From the NCBI RefSeq assembly GCF_006345805.1, contig NC_043004.1, positions 17,546,001-17,610,000 of the forward strand: a DNA stretch of 64,000 bases, in the 5' to 3' direction. The translations under genes and the position numbers were made by a program. Shown here piece after piece: positions 11,829 through 25,157 of this stretch. The notes under the pieces are model-generated. The model was not told the DNA's origin. It did no database searches and saw only the letters and a program-made list of their open reading frames with translations. Numbering within the stretch: position 1 is the stretch's first letter; each line of letters opens with the position of its first letter. Source of the DNA: Octopus sinensis (lineage: Eukaryota).

Positions 11829-11918
11829 ACCTTACGATCGTTTCGCAGAAGAGTTGTCCCTATAATGAAATCCTATATTGATAAGCATTTATAGACAACT
11901 CTTCTGCTCTTCAGAGAT
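11829..11918 (-). ncRNA. Type I hammerhead ribozyme H4, canonical core, 14-bp perfect helix II
   Basis: AUCU-CUGAAGA-GCAGAAGAGUUGUC...GACAACUCUUCUGC-GAAA-CGAUCG-UA^AGGU. Confidence 0.92.
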
Positions 11919-12519
11919 ATAAAATATGAATATTGTATAATGTATCGAATGATAGTTTTTTTTTAAATTTGAAGTAAAATTATAAAATGGTGTTTGTTTG
12001 AAATGTAAAATAAAAATTAAAAATTATTACTTTTGATGAAAGTCTTTAAATCCATTTATATTTCCTTAGTTATTCTACTGCAATACTCTATAATATTCAT
12101 ACTTAAAATCCGTCATAATATCTTTGCATTCCAGTATAGTTCATATAGTTAGATTAGAAATGTGAAAATTGTATATACTTTAGTATGAGAATCTTGAAAT
12201 TCATACGTCTTCTTGGTAATTCCTCTGTAGCAATCCATAACACTTTTGTCTTGGTAATTCTTCTGTAGCAATCCATGACATTTTTGTATAGAATTCATTA
12301 TATTATCCGATAATCCAAATATAATACAAAATCAAATTATATTTTAAATATATATTTGAAACAATGAAATTGTGAAGTTATAAACTGGTCAAAGTATTTC
12401 TTTTATATTTATATTTTTATAATTGGAAGATACCAATGAAAATTTTAGATTTTTAAATTTAATTCAGTTATAACTGTCGATTTGAAAATTATGAGCTGAG
12501 GAAGAACGGATCTTGTCTC

Positions 12520-13995
12520 ATCCACTTCCTCGTCATGGATGATTTAAAGCTGTTTGCGAAAACAGTGAGTGAAATGGTGAGGCTGGTTTAGACTGTACAG
12601 GTATGCAGCAAGGATATAGTATAGGAATGGAATTCGGGACCTCAAAGTGTACGGGACTCATTTTGGAACGGGGAAAGAGAGAAGATCGCAAGGGCATAGA
12701 ATTGCCAAATGGAGAGCGAATGGAAATCCCAGATAATGGTAGGTATAAGTACCATGGGGTCCTGGAGCTGGACGACTTCTTGCACTGAGAAAATGAAAGA
12801 CAAATGTTACCGCTGCATATTTCAGGTACCTCAAACTTGTCCTGAAGTAAAACTTCAATGCATGGAACCTTGTGATGGCCATCAACAAATGGGCTGTTGC
12901 TGTAGTCCGCTATTGTGCACCAATTCTGAGATGGACACAAGCGAAGAAGACTGACCAGCTCGATCGCATTACCCAAAAGATGATGACGATACGTGGTGTT
13001 CTCCACCTTAAAGCGACCATGCACAGGCTGTACATGAAGAGGTGCGAGAGGAGACGAGGCCTGATAAACACACGGGAGTGAATCGACAGCGGAAGAAGAA
13101 ACTTTACAGAGTACGTGGTAAACAGTGAACAAGATCTGCTGCAGTACGCTGCTAAGGCAGAAGGCTTTGCTAACCATGAAGTTGAGTGTGTTAATGGCTC
13201 CCATTCACGAATGGACAAGGAGATAGAAGAAGCGCTACTCTGCATGGAAATGATCAGTTCTACCGCGAAGCTAACAACTTAAAAGATCAGGAAGCATCAT
13301 GGATATAGCTCAACATAGGTGTCTTTCGAAAGAATGCTGAAAGCTCCCTAGTACCAGGTATTGAATACTAACTCAGTGAGGATGGATATATACCACACAT
13401 CTGCAAAGAACTTCGGCAGAACGTGTGAAAAGAAGGTCTAAAGCGTGACTCACATCGTTAGAGCTCTTGAAAGTCTTTCATAGAAAGTGTACATGACAAG
13501 GTAGCCCTGAACCTTCACTGGCTATTGTGCCGAAAGTATGGATATGAGGTAACAGACGCTTGGTACCAAAATACATCGGAAAAGGAAATGAACGAAACGG
13601 GAAAGCAACGATCTTCTGAACTTTGACTTCCAAACAAACAAGGTGTTAGAGCACCGAAAGCCGGATATAGAAGCCCTTAAAATAGGAGAGCAAGAGGGCC
13701 TATTAAGTAACAAATATGAAAATTTGAAAACTGACATCGTCAAGGTGTGCCAGCTGTGAGAGTCAAACATAGAAGGTATTCCTGTTGTCATTAGAGCATT
13801 AGATTTAATACCACCCAACCTGAAGAAACATCTGGACACTTCAGAAATGTCCTACAATCTTGGCGTATTGCAAAAATCAGTTTTACTTGTAACTGTACGC
13901 ATATAGCGTAAAGTGTTGTCTATCTAAGACCCCTATCGTAGTTTGAAAGCACGGATCCCTGGTTCAGACAATATCTTCAATCTTCATCAGACTTT
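12520..13995 (+). mobile_element. Decayed REL LINE (R4/Dong-like, family D), RT-end to endonuclease
   Basis: atggatgatttaaagctgttt = MDDLKLF; MAINKWAVAVVRY; HRLYMKR..GRRGLI; KPDI; similar to 51800-53345. Confidence 0.85.
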
Positions 13996-14120
13996 GTGTT
14001 TTTAGTAGAAAGGATTATTATCATTATCATTATTTTTTTCCTTACTTACAAGATAATTATATTTCTATTTCAGGATTTTGCATATTGAAAGAAACTGAAT
14101 ATCCGATGACAAAAGATCTG

Positions 14121-14156
<36 letters not shown>

Positions 14157-14679
14157 GCGCATTATTTTTTGCTATTTTTTCTTGCTACTGATATAACTTT
14201 TTCTTGATTTTTGCTGCTGCCGTTATTAATGTTTTCCTTGTTTTTCTTTGTGATGTTACCACAAAACATCTATTTGAATATTGTTATAGTATTGTTCTGT
14301 TTGTTTTAATTCTACCTCCGAGGCTGGTTGTTTGATTGTTAATCTTATTTTCCATATACAATTGTCTTAATATTGTTTTAGGGGACTAAGAGGAAATATA
14401 GAGAAATAATAATCGCTAATCTATTAGAAAATAGATCAGCTGCTGGAGGTCGGTTTCGGTATTGAATTTTATGTTGCTGTAGTTGTTTTGTTTCTCTGCT
14501 TGTATAGGAAAGAAGCGAATACACTGTTTAGGCATGAAGAAAACCGAAATACTAAAGAATAGCGACTGTGGTGCTTATAAATAGAAACCAAAGAGTAATT
14601 AGGTGATATGTTGAAAATTTAACGGTTTTACAAGATTAGAAAACAAATACGCCTTTGATGTATGGATGTGTGTTTAAGA

Positions 14680-14980
14680 AAGGCGGAGAGCTGGCAGAAT
14701 CGTTAACACACCGATCGAAATGCTTAGCAGTATTTCGTCTGCCGCTACGTTGTGAGTTCAAATTCCGCCGAGGTCGACTTTGCCTGTCATCCTTTCGGGG
14801 TCGATAAGTTAAATACCAGTTAAATACTGGAGTCGATGTAATCGACTAGTCCCCGTCTCCCCAAAATTTCAGGTTTTGTACCTTTAGTAGAAAGGATGTG
14901 TGTTTAAGAAGCTCGGTTTGAAACCACGTGGTACCAGGATCAATTCTACTGCGCGGCAACATGGGCAAGTGTTCTAAGAA
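14680..14980 (+). mobile_element. SINE family 1 monomer followed by a SINE family 2 head fragment; 21-bp direct repeat gatgtgtgtttaagaa flanks the monomer
   Basis: ggatgtgtgtttaagaa before 14680 and again after 14895 (probable TSD). Confidence 0.75.
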
Positions 14981-14982
14981 AT

Positions 14983-15013
<31 letters not shown>

Positions 15014-15274
15014 GCAATTAAGGACAACTACTCAATAAGGAAAACTTAACAAGAAATTGTCAGGTAGATAGCGTAAAAACCTCATAAGAGAAAAATTTCG
15101 AAAAAAATTATTTCTTATTGAACATATTAATTTATATATAGAGGGCATTATACATACATGCCAGGAGGCATTGTATATACATGCCAAACGCTAAGAGGGA
15201 CATCAGTCATTTCTACCAAAAATATTACTAATCCCACCGAATGCAATTTTTCAAAGTAAGACATTTAAAAATAT

Positions 15275-15319
15275 AGCCTGTATCACAGTGATTTCATACT
15301 TACGTATCATCAGCAGCCT
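15275..15319 (-). ncRNA. Hammerhead H5a
   Basis: AGGCUG-CUGAUGA-UACGUAAGUAU-GAAA-UCACUGUGA-UA^CAGGCU. Confidence 0.7.
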
Positions 15320-15746
15320 GAATGTATTATAAATAAACAACGACCCTGCCTCGCTTAAGCCGATCAGCTAACTGATCAACATCAACGAAGCACATGGGTG
15401 AGTTTATATATATTACATCCGGGTAAATGGTAAACTTTTACGAATGCATTTCGGGAGAGGAAAAGTTTTTTCGGAATAAAAATTAGCAATAAGGACAACT
15501 ACTCAATAAGGAAAACTTAACAAGAAATTGTCAGGTAGATAGCGTAAAAACCTCATAAGAGAAAAATTTCGGAAAAAATTATTTCTTATTGAACATATTA
15601 ATTTATATATAGAGGGCATTATACATACATGCCAGGAGGCATTGTATATACATGCCAAACGCTAAGAGGGACAATCAGTCATTTCTACCAAAAATATTAC
15701 TAATCCCACCGAATGCAATTTTTCAAAGTAAGACATTTAAAAATAT

Positions 15747-15793
15747 AGCCTGTATCACAGTGATTTCATACTTACGTAATCATCAGCAGGCCT
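15747..15793 (-). ncRNA. Hammerhead H5b
   Basis: AGGCCUG-CUGAUGA-UUACGUAAGUAU-GAAA-UCACUGUGA-UA^CAGGCU. Confidence 0.72.
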
Positions 15794-15948
15794 AATGTAT
15801 TATAATAAACACGACCCTATGTATAATGCCCTCTATATATAAATTACCCGGATGTAATATATAAAACTCACCCATGTGCTTCGTTGATGTTGATCAGTTA
15901 GCTGATCGGCTTAAGCGAGGCAGGGTCGTTGTTTATTTATAATCATTC

Positions 15949-15993
15949 AGGCCTGCTGATGATACTAGTATGAAATCACTGTGATACAGGCCT
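15949..15993 (+). ncRNA. Hammerhead H5c
   Basis: AGGCCUG-CUGAUGA-UACUAGUAU-GAAA-UCACUGUGA-UA^CAGGCCU; 7-bp perfect helix I. Confidence 0.75.
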
Positions 15994-16162
15994 ATATTTT
16001 TAAATGTCTTACTTTGAAAAATTGCATTCGTTGGATTAGTAATATTTTTGGTAGAAATGACTGATTGTGCCTCTTAGCGTTTGGCATGTATATACAATGC
16101 CTCCTGGCATGTATGTATAATGCCCTCTATATATAAATTATATATATATATTATATATAAAT

Positions 16163-16250
16163 GATTGTTCAGTTTTATTAGAGAAAGAGCCGATTTCTAA
16201 CCTAGATTCAAAGCTCCTTCATTGGGATTCCAACATCAACAACAGGGTAT
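16163..16250 (-). mobile_element. Isolated 3' UTR of the REL LINE family seen at 82-1545
   Basis: ttcagttttatt..tttctaacctagat..ctccttcattgg..aacatca..caggg matches 88-185. Confidence 0.75.
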
Positions 16251-16265
16251 TATTGTTTGTATGTA

Positions 16266-16274
<9 letters not shown>

Positions 16275-16298
<24 letters not shown>

Positions 16299-16495
16299 CT
16301 ATATATCTGTTTGTCCCCCACTACAGTTTGACAACTGGTTCTAGTTTATTTATGTTCCCGTAAAAGGGACCAATGCAATAAATATTAGATATATAAAAAG
16401 AAGCACTGAAGTCACTTTGTTTGACTAAACCCTTGAAAGTAGTGCCCCAGCATGGCCGAAATTCAATGACTGAAACAAGTTAAAGATAAAAGTTA
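16275..16495 (+). mobile_element. SINE family 2, 3' half
   Basis: tgtttgtccccc; gtgccccagcatggcc..atgactgaaac tail. Confidence 0.75.
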
Positions 16496-17155
16496 AAATG
16501 GAGAATTATTTTGGATAGCAAAAGTCAGGAAATTTCGAAAGTATCATTTAACTCAACTAAAAATAAAATGTTATCTTCGGAACGCTCAAAGAAAAATGAA
16601 ACAACTAAAAAGGATCAATGAGCCAGCGAGGGACCCCCGTCGCAGTCGTTTGACCTGCCAGAAATAGCAACCAATTCCCCGTCAAGTTCCATACATTTAT
16701 CGCAGTAAAAGGAAATACAAATCGTACAGTGTAGTCCTATATATCGTAAACGTGGAGAAAATAAGGGAAGGCCACTCCTTTGATAACAGGGCAGTCCGAT
16801 TTGGGGTTACTCGAAATTAAACTCATCAATGTCCAGATATTAACAGTTGTTTCAATATATTTTTACATAATTTAGCCAATTAACTTTACTAATTTTCCTT
16901 TAATTTATTTGACATTCGCAGATTATTTTAAGCTGATAGGTGTAGCATCTACATACGTGTTCCATCTCAAGAAAGTGTTTTCCATAGATTTAATATTTTA
17001 AAAAATATGAAATTTCTGCCAAGGCCTAAGGCTCCTCATTTCTATTACGTTACATAAACTGTCTACATAAATCAGGACCATTGTGCTGTACGTCTGAGAA
17101 CGGTATTCTTTCCTCCATGAAAATTGATATTCGATGATTAGTTTTGTCTTATATT

Positions 17156-17675
17156 AGGGCGGCGAGCTTGTACTCCGGGCAAAATGCTTAGCGACATTTC
17201 GTCCGTCTGTACGTCTTGAGTTCAAATTCCGCCGAGGTCGACTTTGCTTCACATCCTTTGAGGGTCGATAAAATAAGCACTGGGGTCGATGTAATCGGTT
17301 TACCTCATCTTCCGAAATTGCTGGCCTTGTGCCAAAATTTGAAACCAATATTCAGTGGCTATTAAAATCCATTTCTAGTGAGTTACAAGAAAAAGGGCAC
17401 CTTTTAAAAGGCTCCTAAATTTATGAGAGTAAAGGAGAAAATTATCGTCAGACCGGAGTCCTGGCTCGAATGTTTTCAACAGAGTTGACTTCACTAGAGA
17501 CAGCAATGGGCCGATGATCGTTAAAGCGTGCGACTGATCCAGTCTCTCATTCCCATCGGCTTCCATACAGTTTCTACTTAACCAAATTTCACTCACGAAT
17601 CTTTGGCCCACCCGAGACAATGACAGTTGATACTCTCGCGCTGTCCTACGCAGTGTGGCTAAGCTTGAAACCATT
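17156..17675. mobile_element. SINE family 1 monomer (+, 17156-17348) and SINE family 2 fragment (-, 17500-17675)
   Basis: Diagnostic core and head motifs. Confidence 0.7.
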
Positions 17676-19659
17676 ATTTTTGCGAAGCAAACTTCTTATT
17701 TCTGTAAATGTATCTGGATATATTGCGCATGGCGACCCGATGATATGTTTCTTTTTTGAGTTCAATATCTTCTTAAACACTGACATGCAATGTTTTAAAG
17801 TATTCAATCTCGGAACACCAATATCAATATTGATTTTAATGTCTGTTTTGTTCATGTAAAGAAATTTGAGTTGAATGATAAGTTCTAAAGACGGTAAATA
17901 AAATAAAAATATAGAATATAAAACAGTAATGGAAGCATATAAAAGTATATAACTTTATCAAGAGGATTGAATCATTAGATTGACTATAGAACCAGTCAGT
18001 CTGTTCCAAGAATCTTATGCTTCATTGTAATGAGTAACGATAAGAAATAGGATTCTGAAAATAAAATAAAACGAACTACTCCAAAAAGAAAAAAAAATGT
18101 TGATAATGTCAGTGAGACAATTGAAAACGCTTAAGGTTTCAAATTAAACAATTTTGAATTAAAGAAGATATCAAAGGAAGTCTATAAAAATATACACGAT
18201 CATCATCACCAGCACCGCAGCCGCCACCGCCGCCGCCGCCGCCACCACCACCACCACCACCAGCACCAGCACCACCACCATCATCATCATCATCATCGTA
18301 ATCATCAAGCGAATGAGAAAGTATCTAAACTTGCAAAAATAAGCTGTAAAATCTCTTTCAAATCACATCTTTTTTTTCTTAAAGAGATTTACATTTGATA
18401 ATATAACTGTTAAAATAGTTTTATGTCTGTAAAGATTAGATGGGATCGTCACGGAAGGAACCACTTTGAGCATTGATTTACTCCGTCGGATCTGTGTTCC
18501 TGTTGGCCGACAACACTATCGTTGTTGATCAGTAAAGTATAGTGAAGTAATTTTTTTAAAAGTCAGTTATGAAAAGCTAGGAGGAGAAGCAGCGACCATT
18601 ATCTTTGCAGACATACGCAGACTTCGTGAGATCGATGAAGTTGATATTCAGTTTGATCTTATCGTATTCTATTCAGTTATTAGTCAAGGAAAGAATGATT
18701 GAATGGAATGTTTTGACAAGCCACCAATCTACATATTAGTTTCCAATAACGCCAAGCGTTACATTTTTGTTTCTCTGACTCATACATTGGAACAATGATG
18801 TATATGCAGAGGTGTATCTAACTATTTCAACCTGTGACTTGGCTGTGTCTAGGTCCAAAACGTACAGCTGACAGTGCTATAAGCTTTACAACTCTCAATT
18901 TCGACAACACCCCCAATGTTTCTTCTAACGCTTTTTTTCAAACTGCTGTTTTTATGGTCATTAGAAACCATTACTGTTTTTCTAATGACACAGATATGTT
19001 ATTTTTTTTCTTTACTCCTTATTTTTCTCTTTATGCTCTGATCTCTCCTGGTATAAGGAATAACAGCATGTCTTCATACAATTCTCAATGTGATTTTCTT
19101 TTGGAACTTTGCCAGATATAAAGACTGTTGTATATGTTTGACGAAGAGACAGAGTTAGTCGTTTTAACTCTGTTACACTATGCATTGTTTAACATTGTCT
19201 GTGCGCGAGTGTTGTTGTTGTTGTTGCTACCGCTGTTTGAAATATTCGTTAACGTTCGAAATATTTTTTCCTTTAACCTGTTCATTTTAAATGTTAATCA
19301 TTCATTAACTGAATGTTTTTAACTTCCTTCTTTTCATTGTAAGTATACCCTCTGTGGCGCAATTTGTTTTTGTGCTGTCTTTTATGTTTTGCACGTTGTT
19401 GGCGTATCAGGTATACATTTTAATATAAAATATCGTCAAAACATAAAACAAATGAAGATACGTGTAAAATACAAAACTCTTTTGTTTACTTCTGGGTATC
19501 AGTTGATCATCCAAAGATAATTAAAATTTTGATTGGCGATTATTTGAAAGGAATAATTTTCGTTTGAAATTGCTATAGAAAGTAGAACCTGAGAGCGATG
19601 TAAATAAAAAATGTGTGAAAGCTAGGTTAGTCAATAATGATGATAATGATAATAATAAT

Positions 19660-19868
19660 TCTTCCTAGCCTTGGAACAAGGCCAACAACTAAGAATTGCT
19701 AGTCAGTTACATCGACACCAGCGGTCAGCTGGGACTTATTTTCTCAACCCTGAGCGGATGAAAGGCAAAGTCGATCTCGACGGAATTTGAACGCAGAATG
19801 CAAAGACAAGCGAAATACTGCTAAGCTTTTGGCCCGGTGTGCTAACGGTTCTGTCAACTCCTCGCCTT
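19660..19868 (-). mobile_element. SINE family 1 monomer
   Basis: ggatgaaaggcaaagtcgatctcgacggaatttgaac is the reverse complement of the core. Confidence 0.8.
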
Positions 19869-20071
19869 TCAATAACTAATGACAATAAAACGAAATACGG
19901 CAGTTTCTGAACAAACTCACGATATTTTTGAACCACTTTATGAAATTAGGTTATCTAACTTTCTTAGTTATTATTGGTCTTTATTTTTTTAGCTCTAGTT
20001 TATCCTAGATTGACCAGACTTGATCACATTGATCACTTCCTCCATTTTTAACTCGAAAGGGTGTCATCTAA

Positions 20072-20691
20072 CCCTTCGTTGGCCGGCGGGGTTGAAATTA
20101 TACAAAAGGCCAGTGGGGTCTCGAGGGGACCCCTTTTATTTTTGGGCATTTCCGCCCTATCCATAAAATGTTATTTGTTTAATCTTGTAATATGTGTGTG
20201 AGTGCATGACGCAGAGCAAGAAATTTAGTATTTTATAGGAATCTATTTGTAATTATTAGCGATTAATGGAAAGGAATTAATATATAATTTTTTGACTGAA
20301 AAAACCTTTATTGAAAGAAATCAACATTCTTTATAGTTTTATAAACTATACTTGTGGCACTAACTATTAAACAAAACAAAAGGATTTAGTATATCGATTC
20401 ATACCAATACAAATACGAAGAAAATTGACTTATAGTTCATCAGAATATCTGAAAAAAGTACAGAAAAAAATCACAGAAGTCCATTATGGTCTAGTTGGAC
20501 CTCAATGACCATATTTTATGATAATACAATCCATATGACTGGAAATTTTTAACTCAAAATTTGTATGTGCATACATAAACTATTGACAATAAATGAAATG
20601 AGGTTTGAAATCATTTAAATAAAAAAATATATAAGTTGCATAACTTTTAAAATTTGCTGGAGTCCTAAGGGACCCGCTGGCCCACGAAGGG
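20072..20691. mobile_element. Non-autonomous piggyBac-type element (MITE)
   Basis: TIR cccttcgttggccggcggg / cccgctggcccacgaaggg (17 of 19 match); flanks CTAA and TTAA; no ORF. Confidence 0.8.
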
Positions 20692-21521
20692 TTAAGAAAG
20701 ATTTAAGATTTGACATTCAGCTACTTTGTTTTCTTTCAAGTCAAGGCGACACATTAAGAAGATCCTATTTTCCATATTTCGAATGTTATGTAACTGTTGC
20801 TTTGTAAACCATTTTTTCGGAAGTGTTGCTTTGGCGCAAAAATGATATAATCGTTGAGACTTTCAGTAACAAATATAAACGCAAAAAATATAAAGTTACA
20901 AACAAAATAACTAAAATAAAGCTTAATATTGCTTAATCTGAGAACGTTAGAAAATATTTTCTGTCAACGAAAATAACTGCATTTCTTAATCTTATCATAT
21001 CTCGTTATTTTCCTGTCAATTTTCATTCAAATTCTCATAAAACAATTAACATGAATTTCAGTTGCAGTGAATATTTGAAAAGTGTCACTTAATTGCTGAA
21101 CAATTGAAGGGTGAGACTTAATTAAAACAACGTGAGACACATGAAATGTGTTGGAATTCACTATTACAGGTCTATTTATGGCGTTATTTTCCCGTTTTTT
21201 TTAAAATTATATTTTCTTATTTATTTTTCTATATTTTCTCATTTTCTAATTTCACTTTTTAAGAACATCCATTTCTGTACTGCACGTCTGCAATTAAGTT
21301 CTATCAATATACGCGCGCGCGCGCACACACACATTCCCACATATTCACACATATTCACACACACACAACCATACATACACACACGCACACACAATGCTTT
21401 CCTTTCTCTATATATCTTTCTCTATATATCTCCCTACCTATTTGTGTCTCAATCAATTTATCATCCTCTCTCATTGCTTATTCCTCCCTTCCCATCTTTT
21501 TTCTTTGTAGTTTCATTCGTC

Positions 21522-21597
<76 letters not shown>

Positions 21598-21786
21598 ATG
21601 TACCCACACGCACACGCATACATTTGCACTTACGCCTTTCCACACACACACAAACATGTACACATACAAACATGCACGACTATATATTTTATATCACAAG
21701 CTCACCCTATCACCACTTCAATTAGCATCTGCTGCTAATTTTCCGTCTCATTTATTCGCAGTGACTCTGCTTTCGTCTATCAATCA

Positions 21787-21865
<79 letters not shown>

Positions 21866-21940
21866 TTGTCAATCCGTTTCTGTCTCTGTCTCTCTTTCTT
21901 TATATATACATATGAAACATTCATATATGTATGCTATAAT

Positions 21941-21972
<32 letters not shown>

Positions 21973-22110
21973 GATATATATATATATAATATATATGTGT
22001 GTTGTGTGTGTGTGTGTGGTGTGTGTGTATATATATAATATATACATAAGCACACCACACATACACACACACACATATATATACATATATATTATATATA
22101 ATGAATACCT
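21522..22110. repeat. (CTAT)n, (TA)n and (TG)n compound microsatellites
   Basis: Direct reading. Confidence 0.9.
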
Positions 22111-22417
22111 ATTTACATAGATGCATATAGAGAGACACAAACGTATACGGTCTTTCTTTGTCTTTTGTTTGTCACCTCGCTTTCTCGACAATCAGTAACA
22201 TTAATCAAAGCTATCAACCAATGTTAGATTAATCGACCTATTTACGACCAAAGAATTTAGTTAATGAACTTCAAAACGAACGAAATGGTTGCAGAGTGTT
22301 TTTATTGAAAATAAAAACACACCATCAGGAAGTATTAAACGGCAAAGAATAACCAGACAAGTAGTCACTTAATAACATATATATATATATATATAATAAC
22401 ATATATATATATATATA

Positions 22418-22799
22418 AGTGGAAGCACTCCGTCGGTTACGACGATGAGGGTTCCGGTTGATCCGAATCAACGGAACAGCCTGCTCGTGAAATTAACGTG
22501 TAAGTGGCTGAGCACTCCACAGACACGTGCACCCTTAACGTAGTTATCGGGGATATTCAGCGTGACACAGAGAGTGACAAGGCCGGCCCCTTGAAATACA
22601 GGTACAACAAAAACAGGAAGTAAGAGTGAGAGAAAGTTGTGGTGAAAGAGTACAGCAGGGATCATCACCATCCCCTGCCGGAGCCTCGTGGAGCTTTTAG
22701 GTATTTTCGCTCAATAAACACTCACAACGGCCCGGTCTGGGAATCGAAACCGCGATCCTATGACCACGAGTCCGCTGCCCTAACCACTGGCCATTGCGC
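22418..22799 (-). mobile_element. tRNA-derived SINE family 3
   Basis: Head gcgcaatggccagtggttagggcagcggactcgtggtcataggatcgcggtttcgattccc with A/B boxes; homologous to 27570-27944. Confidence 0.9.
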
Positions 22800-22829
22800 A
22801 ATATATATATATATATATATATATACTAT

Positions 22830-22919
<90 letters not shown>

Positions 22920-23042
22920 AAATATATATATATATAATATATATAGATATATATATATATATATAATATATATTATATATATATATACAAATACATATAT
23001 ATACAATGTGTGTGTAATTATATTATATTATATTATATTATC

Positions 23043-23083
<41 letters not shown>

Positions 23084-23498
23084 ATACATACACATATATG
23101 TATATATGCTTATATGTATATAATATATGTATATATTGTAGTATGTATAATGTATGTATGTATATTGTAGGTATGTATATATATGTATGTATGTATGTAT
23201 ATAATAATATACACATAAATATATATATATATAAATACATATATATATATATATAACATAACATACATTAATTATATATAATTATACATAAACACACACC
23301 ATATATATAGATATATATAATAAACTAATATATATATATATATACATAAATATATATATAGCTATATATTATATATATTCGTATATATATATATAATTAT
23401 ATATATCATAAATATATAATACATAATATATTATATACATAAATATATATATACATAAATATATATATATATATATTATATATATATATATATATATA
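22800..23498. repeat. About 700-bp degenerate (TA)n tract
   Basis: Direct reading. Confidence 0.95.
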
Positions 23499-24249
23499 TG
23501 ATTGATTGATTGATTGATTCTAGTTTCAGCTTATGAGCTGTGGCCATGCTGGGGCACCGCCATTTGTGTTGCTACTTGGTTTCACTTCATGGAGGCTTTC
23601 TAGCAACTGCTATTTGGTGCATGAGAGAGTTCGATGCAGCTGCCCTCATCTGCCCCTCCTGCCGTGAAGTGGTTCATCTGGGACACCTGACAGGAAGAGA
23701 TCCAGCTTCATTTTAAAGACATCTGTATCCACCCCATGCAGGTCTCTCAGGTTCTTCGGGAGGATATTGAAGAGCTGTGGGCCTCGGAAGCCCAGGCTAT
23801 CACAGAATCTTGTCCTACATCTTGATGGCAGGTTTGGAGTCCTAGGCACCACGCAGTGGCGCCAGTTCTGGCATTTGCGTAACTCTCGATGCCAAAGTTC
23901 AGGACACTTCCCTCCAGGATCTTCCAGATGTATATTATGGCATATCTTTCCCGCCTACGCTCCAGGGAATATAATTTTAATCTCTTGAGTCTTTCCCAGT
24001 AGCTTACATTCTGCATAGAGGCTATCTTCTTTGTGTAGCTTCGTTGGATCGCCTCAAGTTCTGTGATCAACTTGACACTGGATGGTGACCATAGCTGAGA
24101 GCAATAGTCAAAGTGGCTTAGGACAAGTGTCTTCCAGAGGACCATCATGGTTTCTGTTCTCTTGTTCTAAAGGTTCTAGAATCATCCAGCCAGCCGTCTA
24201 CATTTCATTGTCAGTTTAGCAACATGTACATGAAAGGTCGCGTCATCAC

Positions 24250-25157
24250 TCATGTGAATACCCAGGTCACGCACTGATTGTGCCTCTGGGATTGCAATCC
24301 TCCGGGTCCAGTGTATTCATTGGGTATTGCATTCAGTTTTGCATGCTGATAGTATAAAGCTTGAAACTTTCCAGCATTGAACTGCATGCTATTCTTTTCA
24401 GCCCACTTGTATATTTCGTCCAGCTCACATTGCAGGTGTTTAGTGTCCTCAGGGTTCTGTATTGCCTGTGAAAATTTTGTATCATCTGCATAACTTGTGA
24501 TCGTGGCTCTCTGCGTGGCTGAGGGCATGTCTGAGAGGGCCATTATGAACAGTAGTGGTCCCAGAACAGTGCCCTGCGGAACACCGCTCACTATTTGTGT
24601 GTTAATGGAGGTGGCCCCATTGGCTACTACCACCTGACTTTATCCTTCAGAAAGTCATGAAGCCATTCTCCCAGTTTTCCAACTATGTTGAGATCACGCA
24701 GTTTGTGACATATCATTCCATGATCGACTTTATCAAAGGCCTTTGCAAAGTCGAGATATATCACTTCCACATTTGAGTGGTTGAGCAGCCGTTTCAGCAC
24801 CCAGTCATAGTGTTGTAGGAGCTGAGTTAAACAGCTTCTCCCTGGTCGGAAACCATGTTGGGTGTCGGGCAGCAAGTCATTCTCTTCAAGGAAGGTGATC
24901 AGCTTCCTTCTGACTATTCGTTCCATGACCTTGCTGATGTGTGAGGTCAGAGAGATAGGTCTATAGTTCTTGGCTTCCGCTCTGCTACCTCCTTTATGAA
25001 TGGGGCATATTTTACCTTCCTTCAGTTTTCCTGGAAGTTTGCCAGCTGCAAGGAAGCTCTGAAAGAGGAACTGCAGTGGTCTTGCTAGGACTCTCTTACA
25101 TGCTTTTAGGAGGATTGCCGGGAATCCATCGGGGCCAGTAGCTGAGTCTGTTTTCAT
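24250..25157 (-). CDS. Reverse-transcriptase domain of the CR1-like LINE (two ORFs joined by one frameshift near 24640)
   Basis: ORFs 24627-25157 and 24250-24633 carry RT motifs through YADD. Confidence 0.9.

Larger units (their letters stand above)
15014..16140. mobile_element. Tandem-plus-inverted array of a 472-bp hammerhead-bearing unit (retrozyme/PLE pseudo-LTR-like) between (TA)n tracts
   Basis: Copy 1 15014-15485; copy 2 15486-15818 (partial); 28-nt insert 15819-15846; inverted copy 15847-16140 = reverse complement of 15128-15423. Confidence 0.85.

Noticed and set aside
12208-12286. Two-copy tandem repeat of about 39 bp
   Set aside because: Ordinary slippage duplication with no further structure
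12533-13204. 223-aa minus-strand ORF and similar shadow ORFs (10837-11238, 37743-38246, 25916-26323)
   Set aside because: Antisense to transposon coding sequence
18610-18670. Possible 52-nt minus-strand exon (YDKIKLNINFIDLTKS) with a GTATGT donor
   Set aside because: Weak acceptor, no recognisable homology, no supporting neighbouring exons
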